From: a virus
Taxonomy: Duplodnaviria > Heunggongvirae > Uroviricota > Caudoviricetes
Direction: 5' to 3' (one strand)
Virus record (IMG/VR): IMGVR_UViG_3300049048_000035
Location: 31,856-95,855 of that record
DNA: 64,000 nt
The translations under genes and the position numbers were made by a program. The notes beneath the pieces are model-generated. The model had not been told where the DNA came from. It did not search any database and saw only the letters and a program-made list of their open reading frames with translations. Numbering within the stretch: the stretch's first letter is position 1; every line of letters starts with the position of its first letter. This document shows, piece by piece, positions 8,726 to 19,274 of the stretch.

Positions 8726-11700
8726 TGGCTGCTATTGTTAATGCTCGGGATGTACTACTACAAGCGTCTGACGCTCGTACTGTAGGTATCTCGATTTCCA
8801 ACCTTGTCCTGACTACCGAGCAACTGGGTAGCGTGAACAAGGGAGTGACCCTGAAGGCTTCTTCACAAGTCTTCCAGATTTCTAAGACCAACGTTGTCAC
8901 TCCTGCGTCCGTAACCCTTGCTGTGACGATTCGGGGCTTTGCTGCTGGGACTGTCCCGACATTGACATTGAGTGCAGGGACGATGAGTGTTACTCCTTCG
9001 TTTACGAACGGGGTGTACTCAGTCAACCCAGCAGACATGACTTCGGATGTTGTGACCTTTAAGGCCACAGTCACAGAGACTGATGCTGAGGGCAACACGC
9101 TAACCTACGCTGACGAAATCACAGTCATCAAGGTACGTGAAGGTGTGGATGCCATCAACGGGCTACTAACCAATGAATCCTTTGCTATCCCTGCTGACCA
9201 CTTGGGTAATATCCTAAGTTGGACTGGTGCTGGCGGAAGCTTCAAGGTTTTTCATGGTACTGTTGACGTGTCGAACGTATGCACGTTCCAAGTGCTATCC
9301 AACACTTCTAGCGTACAAACAACGATTAATAGCAGTGGGGTCTACTCTGTCACTGACTTGTGGCCTACTGGCGCAGACAGCGTATCCGTAACCTACCGAG
9401 CTACCTTCGGTACATCGCTATTCCTTGACAAGACGTTCACTCTATCTCGCGTTAAAAGCGGTACTCAAGGTTCCGGGTTCACCATTACAGCTACGTCGCA
9501 GACTTTCACATTTGATGCTGCTGGTGCCGCTTCCCCTGCCTCTCAGACGATTACATTTAACGCTATCCTAACTGGTGGGCTAAGTGGTACGGCAATCTTC
9601 GTTTGCACTCTGTACAACTCTTCGGGTACAAGCCTTGGCACTGTGACGTTGGGGGGTACTGGCAATACCCGCACTCTAACTCTTGCTCAGTTTAGTACAG
9701 CAGCTTATGCCGTAGTTTCTGCCTCGCTAAGCACGTTCTCCGATCAAGTCACAGTTGTACGTTTGAAGGACGGAGCCAACTCTGTAAGCGGCTTTCTGAC
9801 AAACGAGTCTCACGTTATTGCAACGGATGCTGCTGGAACAATTTCCAGCTACACCGGATCGGGTGGTACGTTCAAGGTGTTTGATGGTTTGGTTGATAAG
9901 ACAACCAGCGGGCAAGTTACCTACAGCGCACCTACTCAAACTGGCATTACAGCAACGATCAACTCGTCAGGTGTCTACACGTTGTCTGGAATGACAGCCG
10001 ACACAGCCACTGTTACCTTCCAAGCTATCTACACTGGCGTTACTCCTAACGTAACGATTCAGAAGCAGTACACGATTGCCAAGTCGAAGGCTGGTACAAG
10101 CGGTGCTGCGTTTGTATTGACAGCTACAGCACAGACGTTCACGTATGATAGTTCTGGTGCAGCTAACCCTGCATCACAGACTATCACGTTTACGGCTGTT
10201 CTCTCTGGCAGCTTGACGGGTACAGCAAACTTCGTATGTACCTTGTACAACGCAGCGGGTGCAAGTCTTGGAACTGTGGTGCTAGGAGGCACAGGTAATA
10301 GCAGAACGCTAACTCATACTCAGTTCGGCACTGCACAGTATGCTATTGTGGCTGCTGACCTATCAGGCTTCAGCGACCAGATTACGGTCTATCGCTTGAA
10401 GGATGGTGTTAATGCTATTACAGGCTTCCTGACTAATGAATCTCATACCCTACCAGCCGATAAGGATGGTGTTGTTGCTGCTGGTGCCTATGCCAGCGCT
10501 GGGGGTACGTTCAAGGTCTACGATGGGCTGACAGACGTAACCGCTAGCGGACAAGTCACTTTCCTACGGGAAGTTGATACTGGTATTACAAGTACACTGA
10601 GTACGTCCGGTGTCTACTCTGTCTCTGGTATGGGCGCTGGTACTGACGTAGCTACCTGCTTGTTCCGTGCTACGTACAAGGGTGTGATTATCCAGAAGCT
10701 GTTCACTGTCACAAAGGCTAAGACAGGGGCTAACGGTGCTAATGGTGCGAATGGTGTACGTGGTTCTAAGCGCTTTGTAGTTAGTGGAAGAACATCGTGG
10801 GATAGCACTGTGGCAACAACCACAGCCTCCGTTGATGGTGGGCCTGTGTTGATGGACGAGGTAACTCAGACCAACAATACATCGTTCTCTGAAACCCGTT
10901 ACTACGATGGCTCCACTTGGATTGTTGCTGCGGCTTCGATCAACGGGAACCTAGTTGTGAATGGCACGATCATCGGTGACAAGATGGCTGCTAACACAAT
11001 TACAGCAGCCAAGATTGCTACAGGCACTATCACTGCAACGCAAATTGCATCGGATGCTATTACGTCAGCAAAGATTCTAGCCGGTGCCGTTGACGCTACG
11101 AAGATTCAAGCAGGGTCTATCAAGGCAGAGCATGTTGTGGTTGCTCCACGCTCTCTCAACCCTGACCCGTTCTTTGCTCAGACAACCCGTTGGAACGGCT
11201 TTGCAGAACGCCAAGCTCGTGCTTCGGCTCCGGGAGGTAACTGCCCTCATGCGTGGGCTGCAAGGTTCACTGCACAAGATAATTATCGACTAACACTTGA
11301 TGATTGGGTTTCTGTAGTGCCGGGAGAAACATACCGAGTTAGTTGCTGGGTTTGGAGGGTTAGCACAAGCACTCCTGTTTGTGGTGTGATGCTAGCATTT
11401 GGTAATGCGGCAGGAAGCATTTGGAACGGTACGCAATTGGGTAACCAGATTAGTTCAGCAGGTTCATGGCAATTCGTGCAAGGTACTTACACAGTGCCTG
11501 CGGACGGGTCCGTTCGTTACCTATCTGTCGGCCCTTGGAATGCCTCTGCGCATGCTACAGGAAACTGGTTCTCTGATTTGCAGATTGAAAAGATGGCTGA
11601 TGCTAACTTGATCGTTGATGGGGCTGTAACTGCATCCAAGATCAACATTAAAAACGGTGCAACGTCTGGTCGCGTTGAAATCTCAAATAACCGAATCGAA

Positions 11701-11748
11701 GTCTATGACACAAGTAACGTGCTGAGAGTTCGGATCGGTCTACTCTAA
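8725..11748 (+). CDS. tail fibre / host-specificity protein with 2.5 tandem Ig-like repeats and a C-terminal carbohydrate-binding-like domain
   Basis: 1007 aa. Three internal repeats begin ...GFLTNES(F/H)...GGTFKV(F/Y)(D/H)G... There is a GANGANGANG collagen-like tract. Next come C-terminal heptad-like AAKIATGTITATQIASDAITSAKI repeats and a W/G-rich jelly-roll-like tail. Confidence 0.65.
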   Translation: MAAIVNARDVLLQASDARTVGISISNLVLTTEQLGSVNKGVTLKASSQVFQISKTNVVTPASVTLAVTIRGFAAGTVPTLTLSAGTMSVTPSFTNGVYSVNPADMTSDVVTFKATVTETDAEGNTLTYADEITVIKVREGVDAINGLLTNESFAIPADHLGNILSWTGAGGSFKVFHGTVDVSNVCTFQVLSNTSSVQTTINSSGVYSVTDLWPTGADSVSVTYRATFGTSLFLDKTFTLSRVKSGTQGSGFTITATSQTFTFDAAGAASPASQTITFNAILTGGLSGTAIFVCTLYNSSGTSLGTVTLGGTGNTRTLTLAQFSTAAYAVVSASLSTFSDQVTVVRLKDGANSVSGFLTNESHVIATDAAGTISSYTGSGGTFKVFDGLVDKTTSGQVTYSAPTQTGITATINSSGVYTLSGMTADTATVTFQAIYTGVTPNVTIQKQYTIAKSKAGTSGAAFVLTATAQTFTYDSSGAANPASQTITFTAVLSGSLTGTANFVCTLYNAAGASLGTVVLGGTGNSRTLTHTQFGTAQYAIVAADLSGFSDQITVYRLKDGVNAITGFLTNESHTLPADKDGVVAAGAYASAGGTFKVYDGLTDVTASGQVTFLREVDTGITSTLSTSGVYSVSGMGAGTDVATCLFRATYKGVIIQKLFTVTKAKTGANGANGANGVRGSKRFVVSGRTSWDSTVATTTASVDGGPVLMDEVTQTNNTSFSETRYYDGSTWIVAAASINGNLVVNGTIIGDKMAANTITAAKIATGTITATQIASDAITSAKILAGAVDATKIQAGSIKAEHVVVAPRSLNPDPFFAQTTRWNGFAERQARASAPGGNCPHAWAARFTAQDNYRLTLDDWVSVVPGETYRVSCWVWRVSTSTPVCGVMLAFGNAAGSIWNGTQLGNQISSAGSWQFVQGTYTVPADGSVRYLSVGPWNASAHATGNWFSDLQIEKMADANLIVDGAVTASKINIKNGATSGRVEISNNRIEVYDTSNVLRVRIGLL
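9139..10737 (+). repeat. in-frame tandem repeat of about 630 nt (about 210 aa), 2.5 copies, inside the fibre gene
   Basis: Copy 1 is 9139-9768, copy 2 is 9769-10401, and copy 3 (partial) starts at 10402. Protein-level identity between copies is about 55-65% by eye. Confidence 0.7.
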
Positions 11749-11757
11749 AGAGGGCTC

Positions 11758-12822
11758 ATGCCATACGGAATTAACGTCTACGGACCTGGGGGAATGCTTC
11801 TAACAGACCCTCAACTTCCCTCTGCTGGTCTGTTTGTTGAGCGTATTGTGTTGAACTACGGGCAGACGCTATCGAAGGAATACACAGGGGTGCCGGCTGG
11901 TGCCCTTGTTGTTCAAGCTGTTGACGTTGGAATGCACGATTGGACGATTGACAGCATCAACGGCAACGCCCGTTTGAACTTCACTGCCTACCTTACTTCC
12001 AACACATTGAGGCAGGTAGGGTCTACGTTCTTCGTATATGCAACTAGAACGTGGGAACCAACCTACGGGCTCATGTGCCTGAACGACGCTGGGGATAGGT
12101 TGTTCTCGACACTGTACCCACTGGCTGAGTTCATTGGTAAGTCCGCTGTTGGTGTTAGCCAAATTGGGTCGGATTTCTCTATGGGCGGTTATGTCCACAG
12201 GACGTACCGGACCTCTAGCACATTTACCTGTACCCCGAACGAGTGCATGGTACTGCTGGAACTACCAGATAGCGGCCAGGACGTGTGGTTCCATTACGAT
12301 TGGTTTGCAGTTAGTGCGGGTGTATGGAGAATTGATGTACTTGTGGCCTTGCCTTCAGGTGTTACTCCTACTCTACCCCCTTCAGTAATGGTATTCAAGG
12401 TCAGAAACCTTACATCGAGTTCTGAAACATACGGGGTGCGTGTTTTTGACGCTAGTGGAAACGTTACGTTTGATGCTGGTAAGCGTCACCTAGTTCTGAA
12501 GGAACTTGGGACAGGGTATACAACCCCCGTTAACCCATTCACTGCTGCTACCTCCAAATCCTTTACCAACCTTACTGGTTCCCGGTCAGTTAGGGTACCC
12601 ACATATAGGTATGAGACTTGGGTTGCTCGCTCAGGACAGGCTGCTAGTGACTACGACGAGTACAAGACTTTTACTAGACGCTCAGGTAGCTCTCTGACTT
12701 CCAAATTCATCAAGATTGGGGTCGGATTTCAAGACGCCCCTGTCAACGAGAGCTACTTCTTCGGCCAGAGCTACGGGCACGTTATCCCGATTGTTGACCC
12801 AGCCCTCTATCCATTCACTTAA
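11758..12822 (+). CDS. tail protein (354 aa), function unknown
   Basis: Lies in the tail-fibre cluster; good start context. Confidence 0.4.
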   Translation: MPYGINVYGPGGMLLTDPQLPSAGLFVERIVLNYGQTLSKEYTGVPAGALVVQAVDVGMHDWTIDSINGNARLNFTAYLTSNTLRQVGSTFFVYATRTWEPTYGLMCLNDAGDRLFSTLYPLAEFIGKSAVGVSQIGSDFSMGGYVHRTYRTSSTFTCTPNECMVLLELPDSGQDVWFHYDWFAVSAGVWRIDVLVALPSGVTPTLPPSVMVFKVRNLTSSSETYGVRVFDASGNVTFDAGKRHLVLKELGTGYTTPVNPFTAATSKSFTNLTGSRSVRVPTYRYETWVARSGQAASDYDEYKTFTRRSGSSLTSKFIKIGVGFQDAPVNESYFFGQSYGHVIPIVDPALYPFT

Positions 12823-12831
12823 GGAGCGAAT

Positions 12832-13458
12832 ATGCCATTTCTAAAGACGTACAAGACGCCTAACGGTGCCACTGCCGAGTTCCATAAGGTGACGAAGGTG
12901 GAAACCACCCCTGATATGCAGGGCATTGTAATTGTGGTTACTAGCTGGGCCAGTCAGGATGACTACCTGAATAACAAACCTCCGTGCTGGACAACCTACG
13001 AGCACAAAGCTCTACCAAGCGAACTAACAACCCTTGTGGGTGATTTGGTGCTTGGGGCGGGGGAGTTTGTAGGGGCTAGCCTAGTTGCTGATCCTGACGG
13101 CTCCCTAGAGGCTGCAAAGGCCCGTAAGAAGGCTGAAATCAACCAAGCAAGGCTCAAGGCTAACCGCAGCACATTCCCGTTTGCCGGTAAAGACATTCAG
13201 TGCGACGAACTAAGTCGTTCTGATATTGATGGTGTGCAAGGCTACGTAGCCCGCCATTCTTCTCTTCCTGCTTCCTTCCCGGGTGGGTGGAAGACGGTTG
13301 ATAACTCATTCGTAGCAATTCCCGATGTTGAGACTTGGGATGCTTTCTACGGAGCCATGTTGGCTCAAGGCACAGCTAATTTCATGAAGGCTCAAGGTTT
13401 GAAAGCCGACGTGGATGCAGCGACCACAATTGAAGAAGTTAATGCAGTAATGTGGTGA
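12832..13458 (+). CDS. DUF4376-like protein (domain common in tail-fibre-associated/assembly proteins)
   Basis: The C-terminal pattern KKAEINQARLKANRSTFPFAGKDIQCDELSRSDIDGV...W..FY.AM...G...F.KAQGLK..VDAATTIEEVNAV resembles DUF4376. This is from memory of the family, not a search. Confidence 0.4.
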   Translation: MPFLKTYKTPNGATAEFHKVTKVETTPDMQGIVIVVTSWASQDDYLNNKPPCWTTYEHKALPSELTTLVGDLVLGAGEFVGASLVADPDGSLEAAKARKKAEINQARLKANRSTFPFAGKDIQCDELSRSDIDGVQGYVARHSSLPASFPGGWKTVDNSFVAIPDVETWDAFYGAMLAQGTANFMKAQGLKADVDAATTIEEVNAVMW

Positions 13459-13463
13459 TATAA

Positions 13464-13907
13464 ATGATTACTCTGTACCTCACAGCTAGCCGCACATTCG
13501 GTGGCTACGCAATCCAACTATTTACTTGGTCTAAGTGGAGCCATATTGCTATCGAGGATGGTGACCACCTGATCGAAGCACATTGGCGTTATGGGGTACG
13601 GAGAGTCCCCAAAGAAGAGGGTTTGAAGAAGGTTAGCCGTATGGCTGTCATCAAGGTTGAAACCAAGAATGACGAAGCTGTACTAAAAGCCTGCCGTAGC
13701 CAGGTGGGCAAGCCTTATGACTACTCTGCGATTCTGAGTTTCCTGATTCGTCGGGACTGGCAAGAAGATGATGCTTGGCAGTGTGCAGAATTGATTGCTT
13801 GGGCATTTGCTATGGCTGGGGAACCTATTTTCCGACCAGACAGCGTATCTCGAATTACTCCCGCTCATTGGTGGTTGGTGGCTCCAAATAGACTGCTGCA
13901 ACCTTGA
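13464..13907 (+). CDS. putative permuted papain-fold / NlpC-P60-superfamily peptidase (tail-associated cell-wall hydrolase?)
   Basis: 147 aa. Has an N-terminal His-containing block (SHIAIEDGDHLIEAH), a GKPYDY motif and a downstream Cys (WQCAELIAW). The order is that of permuted C92/YiiX-like enzymes. Confidence 0.35.
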   Translation: MITLYLTASRTFGGYAIQLFTWSKWSHIAIEDGDHLIEAHWRYGVRRVPKEEGLKKVSRMAVIKVETKNDEAVLKACRSQVGKPYDYSAILSFLIRRDWQEDDAWQCAELIAWAFAMAGEPIFRPDSVSRITPAHWWLVAPNRLLQP

Positions 13908-13930
13908 TTTTATTAGGGAAATAGTGTATA

Positions 13931-14761
13931 ATGGCAAATCTACGAATTGTTTACGATAATGCTGCAAACCGTACTACTACGCTTGCAGCTTCCTCTGTGG
14001 CTGGCTCTCTCGTAGCTGCCAATCTTTTGACAGACATTAAGACCCAAGTTTGGCGTTCTACTGGCACTTCTGCCACCCTAACCCTGACTTGGACTAACCC
14101 CGAGCTTATCGGGTGTGTCTGCCTACCTTACACAAACCTTACGTCTACAGCCACTATCCGTGTACGAGGCTATACGGACTCTGGTGGTTCTACCCTAGCT
14201 TTCGATACTGGCACACAGATCGCAGCCCCGAGTGCTTTCGGAGCTTCTAGCTGGGGTACTTTGCCTATTGGTGTCAACGCATACAGCTATGGTGGTGGCA
14301 CATACGGAGGCATTTGGTTCACGACAACTGCTGTACGCAGGCTAGTCATTGACCTTGTAGACACTTCCAATACGAGTGGCTATATCGAAGCAGCCCGCAT
14401 TGTCTGCGGTGCTTATTGGACTCCATCAATTAATTGTGAGTATGGAGCCGTAGTTGGTGCTGGGGACATGAGCCGTCACGAACGCGATGACGGGGGCAAC
14501 CTACGCACAGACCGTGGCCCTCGCTTCAAGACGCTTCAGTTTGACATGACGCTGCTGCCAGCAGCCGACCGTGACCAAGTGTGGCGTCTGATGTATGGCA
14601 ACGGCATGGCAACGCCGATGTTCGTTAGCTTGATGCCAGAAGACACAGACAAGTCTGGTGAGCAAATCTTCCAGATTTACGGGAAGCTGTCTAAGTCGCA
14701 TTCGATTCGCTATCAGTTCTACAACCAGTTCAACTCACAAATTGAACTAGAGGAATTCTAA
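13931..14761 (+). CDS. tail/baseplate protein (276 aa)
   Basis: Lies in the tail module; overlaps the next gene start by ATGTCC coupling. Confidence 0.4.
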   Translation: MANLRIVYDNAANRTTTLAASSVAGSLVAANLLTDIKTQVWRSTGTSATLTLTWTNPELIGCVCLPYTNLTSTATIRVRGYTDSGGSTLAFDTGTQIAAPSAFGASSWGTLPIGVNAYSYGGGTYGGIWFTTTAVRRLVIDLVDTSNTSGYIEAARIVCGAYWTPSINCEYGAVVGAGDMSRHERDDGGNLRTDRGPRFKTLQFDMTLLPAADRDQVWRLMYGNGMATPMFVSLMPEDTDKSGEQIFQIYGKLSKSHSIRYQFYNQFNSQIELEEF

Positions 14762-16584
14762 TGTCCACACGCTTTTATCCCGGACAGACAGACTACATCG
14801 TTCAACTGAACTTGATGGACGATGCTCTGAATGCTGCTGGTCTTGGTGGGAACTTCACCACAACAACACTGAGCATCAAGGATGGCTCCGACACGACTAA
14901 GGAACTGAAGTTCAACGTGGCTGGATTCACTACTGGCACAACTCGAACATTCACGTTTCCCAACTCCAACGCTACGGTTGCTGGTCTTGAAGTTGCTCAG
15001 ACGTTCACGAACACACAAGGCATTACTCACACCAACCCTACGCTGCTGTCCCTGACTCGCTCTGGCAACGCTGCCAATGCGAACATGAACTTCGTGACGA
15101 CAAGCGGCTCTGTGTTCATTGGTCAGGGTACAGCCAACTCGTTTGCTATCGGCAACTCGAACAACCTGACGACAGGGCAGTGGTTCACACAGTCTGCTAC
15201 GGCTGCCACAACGATTGGCAACTTCACCATTGGTGGGTTCCTGCTTCGCTCCGTGGCTACAGGTATCTCTGCTGCTGGCACGAACCAAGGCTCTGCATTC
15301 ATCCTGACCAAAGACCTGAACGTAGTTTCAACAGTCACAGCAGGAACTGGTGTCATCCTTCCTGGTGCTCAGGGTGCAGGACTCTCTGGTGTTGTGGTTC
15401 ACAACGCTGGTGCAAACCCTTTGAACGTTTATCCTCCGGTCGGTGGAACGATTAACTCACTTGGTCTTAACGCTGCCTTGGTCATTCCTGCTGGTGAAAA
15501 CAGAACGTTCTTCACTAGCTCGACAACGCAGTGGTACACGCTATCCGGTACGGGTGCTGGTGGGGGCTCTGGTGATGTAACCCTAGCAGGCGCACAAACG
15601 TTCACAGGGGCTAAGACATTCAACGCTGGTACCTTGCTATTGGCTGGTGCTACAAGCGGCTCTATGACCCTTGCAGCCCCTGCTACAGCCTCTGGTACTG
15701 TGACCTTCCCCACTAGCGGTACGGTGGTGATTGATGGACAAGCACACACGACGACAGCCCCAGCAGCAGGCGACAACAGCAACAAGGTGCCTGACACAGC
15801 TTGGGTCAACACAGCAATCGGAAACCGTGCGTTTGCAGGTAGTGGTGCCCCTGCTTCTAGCCTCGGCTCTGTGGGTGCCTATTACATCCGCACTGATGCT
15901 CCTTTTGACGGAGTGCTGTACTACAAGTCTGGTGCGTCAACTTGGACTATTGTGTCTGGTCCCGTTGCAACCCTAGCCGACCTCCACACAACATACCCTG
16001 CCAGTGCCACATACGAAGGTTGCTGGGTTCGTGTGAACGAATACCGCATGGACTTTGAGTGTGTGAACTTGAGTGGAACCTACTACTGGGTGCCGATGGC
16101 TAGACGCCTTGCCTTGATTAACAACTACACAGCTACATCGGCTGGGGCTGGCAACGGCACTACGTTCCAAAACATTGCTGCCCTAGGCTTCACGATCCCT
16201 GCAAAGATCATTGTGCCCGGCTGCCGTGTACGTTTCGAGCTAGCTGTGAGCTACACAGGTACATCGCCTACAGACACTCGTGCTATGCGTATCCGCCATG
16301 CAGCTACAGCTTCTGCTGTGCTTGAGTGCAACAGTACAGCGACTACTCAGAACACGACACTCGTTCGTACACAGAACGAAATCAAGTTCAGAAGCTCTAC
16401 TCAGGCTCTCATCATGCACTGGTCAGACAGTGATGGCTTCACGCAGAACTGGGGTGTATCAACTCCCACGCTGACGTATGACATTGCTAACGCACATGCG
16501 TTTGAAGTTGGTCTTGTCTCAACACCCTCCACAAGCTCTGCGACAGTTGAAGCACGAGAAGTAGAAATCTTCTACCCACAATAA
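14761..16584 (+). CDS. tail fibre protein (607 aa, Thr/Gly/Ala-rich beta-helix-like)
   Basis: Composition and repetitive beta-strand motifs typical of phage fibres; sits in the tail module. Confidence 0.55.
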   Translation: MSTRFYPGQTDYIVQLNLMDDALNAAGLGGNFTTTTLSIKDGSDTTKELKFNVAGFTTGTTRTFTFPNSNATVAGLEVAQTFTNTQGITHTNPTLLSLTRSGNAANANMNFVTTSGSVFIGQGTANSFAIGNSNNLTTGQWFTQSATAATTIGNFTIGGFLLRSVATGISAAGTNQGSAFILTKDLNVVSTVTAGTGVILPGAQGAGLSGVVVHNAGANPLNVYPPVGGTINSLGLNAALVIPAGENRTFFTSSTTQWYTLSGTGAGGGSGDVTLAGAQTFTGAKTFNAGTLLLAGATSGSMTLAAPATASGTVTFPTSGTVVIDGQAHTTTAPAAGDNSNKVPDTAWVNTAIGNRAFAGSGAPASSLGSVGAYYIRTDAPFDGVLYYKSGASTWTIVSGPVATLADLHTTYPASATYEGCWVRVNEYRMDFECVNLSGTYYWVPMARRLALINNYTATSAGAGNGTTFQNIAALGFTIPAKIIVPGCRVRFELAVSYTGTSPTDTRAMRIRHAATASAVLECNSTATTQNTTLVRTQNEIKFRSSTQALIMHWSDSDGFTQNWGVSTPTLTYDIANAHAFEVGLVSTPSTSSATVEAREVEIFYPQ

Positions 16585-16594
16585 AGGAGTTCGT

Positions 16595-18277
16595 ATGCCA
16601 CGTATGGCAAGAATTCGGCAGCGTCCGACTGAAGCCATCCCCGGAGGGGGTAGCGCCCCGGCTCCTGCCAACAACACAATCAAGAAGATGGCTTGGTATG
16701 TCCCTAGTGGGTCTGCCTATACAAGTCTTCTTGCTAAGTTCGACCAGATTGTCTACCACCTTCCTCCGCTGACTGCTTCTGCTTCTACGTGGAATACACA
16801 GACAGAGGCTGTGAAGGCTGCTGCGATTGCAGCGGGTAGAGAGACATTGGTGTTCAACTACTGTATCGCTTATGAAACCCCTCATGCGGGTGGACAGCTA
16901 TACGGGGTAGGCACAATCACTCGAACAGTAAATGGGTCAACAGTCACTGTCAGGGTGACGCTGAAGAACCGCTTCGGCAACACAGCTAGTCGCCCTAGCT
17001 CAATGTCTGTTGGCTCTACGTTCTGGATTTTCCAAGCTGGTGTCTCAGCCTATAACGGCTCATGGACTATCACAGCTACAGGGACTGACTACGTTGAGTT
17101 CCAACCTGCAAGCAACACGTCTGCCTACTCAGCAGCCGATGACACCACAGGGCAAGCTCTAACGTGTTCTGATGCGACAGTTATCCGTCACTTGATGACA
17201 GGTACAAAGGGTGGCTCCACTCCTGCGTACACAGTTGGTGGACAGCCATGTACAGGCATCAAAGACAACCCTAGCTGGTTCGTATGGAAGGTTGGGACTA
17301 GCGGACGACGCACGTTTTGGGGTGACTTTGAAAACTATCACATGAACCTCACGCAATGGGCTTCTGCGGATAGTCGAGGGGATACGTACCCAACGTGGCA
17401 AGCTAAGTGGTACTGGGGTGCCCACTGGTCAGCCCTGACTGGCCTTGATGGGGCCTTCATTGATAACTTCATCGTCCCTCGTGACGACAAGATCAACGAT
17501 GCTCAATACGGCTCAGCTAACAAGCCTTTCATGGATTGGAAGCGTCTAGGCAGTCAAGCATCATGGCAGCGTTATGACGACGCAGACATTATTGCTTCGC
17601 ACACACAAGGCACAGCCAACTTTGCTGAAGCCATCCGCGTAGCTTCAGGCAATACGATGATCCTGTGCGGCAACGCCGACACAGCCTCTGGCGACCCAGC
17701 CCCGAGCAATCTGGCTGGTGCAGCAGAACAGCTTTACCTTGAGCTATTCCTGAACATCCGTTCTGAGACTCTTAGCTCTTGGTACAGCACTAAGTTTGCA
17801 GCCCGTATGGCTTCAATCCCGCTGGCTAAAGCTCGCATGAAGGCACACGCAAAAAACATTGTGTGGCTGCATGTGACGATGGCAGCAAAGAACAACTACG
17901 CAGCCGTTCGTTCAGCAGTAGCTATGGCTATGATGAATGACGGGGTAGGTGTGACTGTCGTTGCTAATGACGACACTGACGTTAACCCAACCACAATGTT
18001 TGAATACGTCCCGACGTACTATGATCCATTTGACATTGTGATGGGCACTGCAATTGACCCTGTTCAAACAGCAGCCCGAGGCGACGGTACATGGCGACGT
18101 GAGTACAGCAGAGCTTACCCAATCATCAACCCAACAGGCACGTCTAAGACTGTGACAGTGGGAAGTGGTTGGTATTTCCCTACAGGTACACAAGACCCGG
18201 CAGTGGATAGTGGGGCAGCAGTTGGCACATCCGTCACTGTTCCTGCTTACACAGCATATATTTTGGTAAAGCCATAA
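16595..18277 (+). CDS. tail-associated protein (560 aa), possibly a glycan-binding/degrading protein
   Basis: Last large gene before the lysis cassette. Trp/Tyr/Asp-rich; no motif recognised with confidence. Confidence 0.35.
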   Translation: MPRMARIRQRPTEAIPGGGSAPAPANNTIKKMAWYVPSGSAYTSLLAKFDQIVYHLPPLTASASTWNTQTEAVKAAAIAAGRETLVFNYCIAYETPHAGGQLYGVGTITRTVNGSTVTVRVTLKNRFGNTASRPSSMSVGSTFWIFQAGVSAYNGSWTITATGTDYVEFQPASNTSAYSAADDTTGQALTCSDATVIRHLMTGTKGGSTPAYTVGGQPCTGIKDNPSWFVWKVGTSGRRTFWGDFENYHMNLTQWASADSRGDTYPTWQAKWYWGAHWSALTGLDGAFIDNFIVPRDDKINDAQYGSANKPFMDWKRLGSQASWQRYDDADIIASHTQGTANFAEAIRVASGNTMILCGNADTASGDPAPSNLAGAAEQLYLELFLNIRSETLSSWYSTKFAARMASIPLAKARMKAHAKNIVWLHVTMAAKNNYAAVRSAVAMAMMNDGVGVTVVANDDTDVNPTTMFEYVPTYYDPFDIVMGTAIDPVQTAARGDGTWRREYSRAYPIINPTGTSKTVTVGSGWYFPTGTQDPAVDSGAAVGTSVTVPAYTAYILVKP

Positions 18278-18294
18278 GGGCTTGAGGTAGCTTT

Positions 18295-18630
18295 ATGATT
18301 GATAAAAGCCCATTGGATTATTTCAACAACGGAGAACTGCTAACTTACCTGTGGGTAATTGCAGTTTCTTTTTGGGGTGGAATGGTGTCCTATTTTGACA
18401 AGATGAAAACTTTCTCGTGGAAGAACCTGGCAATGCACTTGTCGTCTAGTTCTTTCGCTGGTCTTATGACATTCCTTCTGTGTCAGTCTGCCGGAATCAC
18501 TGGGCCTTTGGCTGGTGTATTCTGCGGTGTGGCTGCCCACATGGGAACTCCTGCACTGATTAACTTGCTGATGCGTAACCCTCAGTTCAAGAAGTTCTTC
18601 GGTGAAGTGGAGGGTAAGAAGGGGAAGTAA
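18295..18630 (+). CDS. holin-like membrane protein (111 aa, 2-3 TM segments)
   Basis: Hydrophobic segments LLTYLWVIAVSFWGGMVSYF and FAGLMTFLLCQSAGITGPLAGVFCGVAAHM, with a charged C-terminus. Sits immediately 5' of the endolysin. Confidence 0.45.
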   Translation: MIDKSPLDYFNNGELLTYLWVIAVSFWGGMVSYFDKMKTFSWKNLAMHLSSSSFAGLMTFLLCQSAGITGPLAGVFCGVAAHMGTPALINLLMRNPQFKKFFGEVEGKKGK

Positions 18631-19272
18631 ATGAGAACCGGCACTAAGGGTCGGGCAATCATTAAAAAGTGGGAGGGGCTGCCCAAGCCCCTTTCCAATG
18701 GACTCTACCCCCCGTATATCTGCCCGACAGGGCATTGGACTCTAGGCTATGGCAGCCTAAAAGATTTGGATGGCAACCCCGTAACAGAGGATACGCCACC
18801 TATTACAAAAGACCAAGCTGAAGAACTCTTGGACAGAATGCTCCCGGAGTATGAGGGCTACGTCAATTCATCCGTAAAGGTACCACTGACACAGGAGCAA
18901 TTTGATGCTCTGGTTAGTTGGACGTACAACCTCGGACCATCCAACCTCCGCAACTCAACAATGCTGGAAAGGCTCAACGCTGGCCTGTACAACGAAGTGC
19001 CTGCCCAAATGCAACGCTGGAACAAGGGTAGAGTTGATGGCAAGCTGGTTGTGCTGGCTGGGCTGAAGGCCCGTAGAGAGGACGAGGCGGCCCTGTGGGC
19101 TTCCGCTCCGCTAGGAGCCACCCCTGTAGCTCCCCCTCCTGTTCAGGCTCCTGTAGAGGCTCCTAGACCCCTTCCTGAGCCTGTTCTGCCCCTAGGCCCC
19201 CTGACGCCAGAGGAAGAAGCTGTGTTGAGGGCTGCCCTAGAGATTCTGATTCGACATTTGAAAGGAAAGTAG
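18631..19272 (+). CDS. endolysin, GH24 lysozyme (P22 gp19-like) with a Pro-rich C-terminal extension
   Basis: IKKWEGL...GHWTLGYGS and VPLTQEQFDALVSWTYNLG match the GH24 lysozyme catalytic region. The C-terminal tail is PPPVQAPVEAPRPLPEPVLPLGP. Confidence 0.85.
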   Translation: MRTGTKGRAIIKKWEGLPKPLSNGLYPPYICPTGHWTLGYGSLKDLDGNPVTEDTPPITKDQAEELLDRMLPEYEGYVNSSVKVPLTQEQFDALVSWTYNLGPSNLRNSTMLERLNAGLYNEVPAQMQRWNKGRVDGKLVVLAGLKARREDEAALWASAPLGATPVAPPPVQAPVEAPRPLPEPVLPLGPLTPEEEAVLRAALEILIRHLKGK

Positions 19273-19274
19273 CT

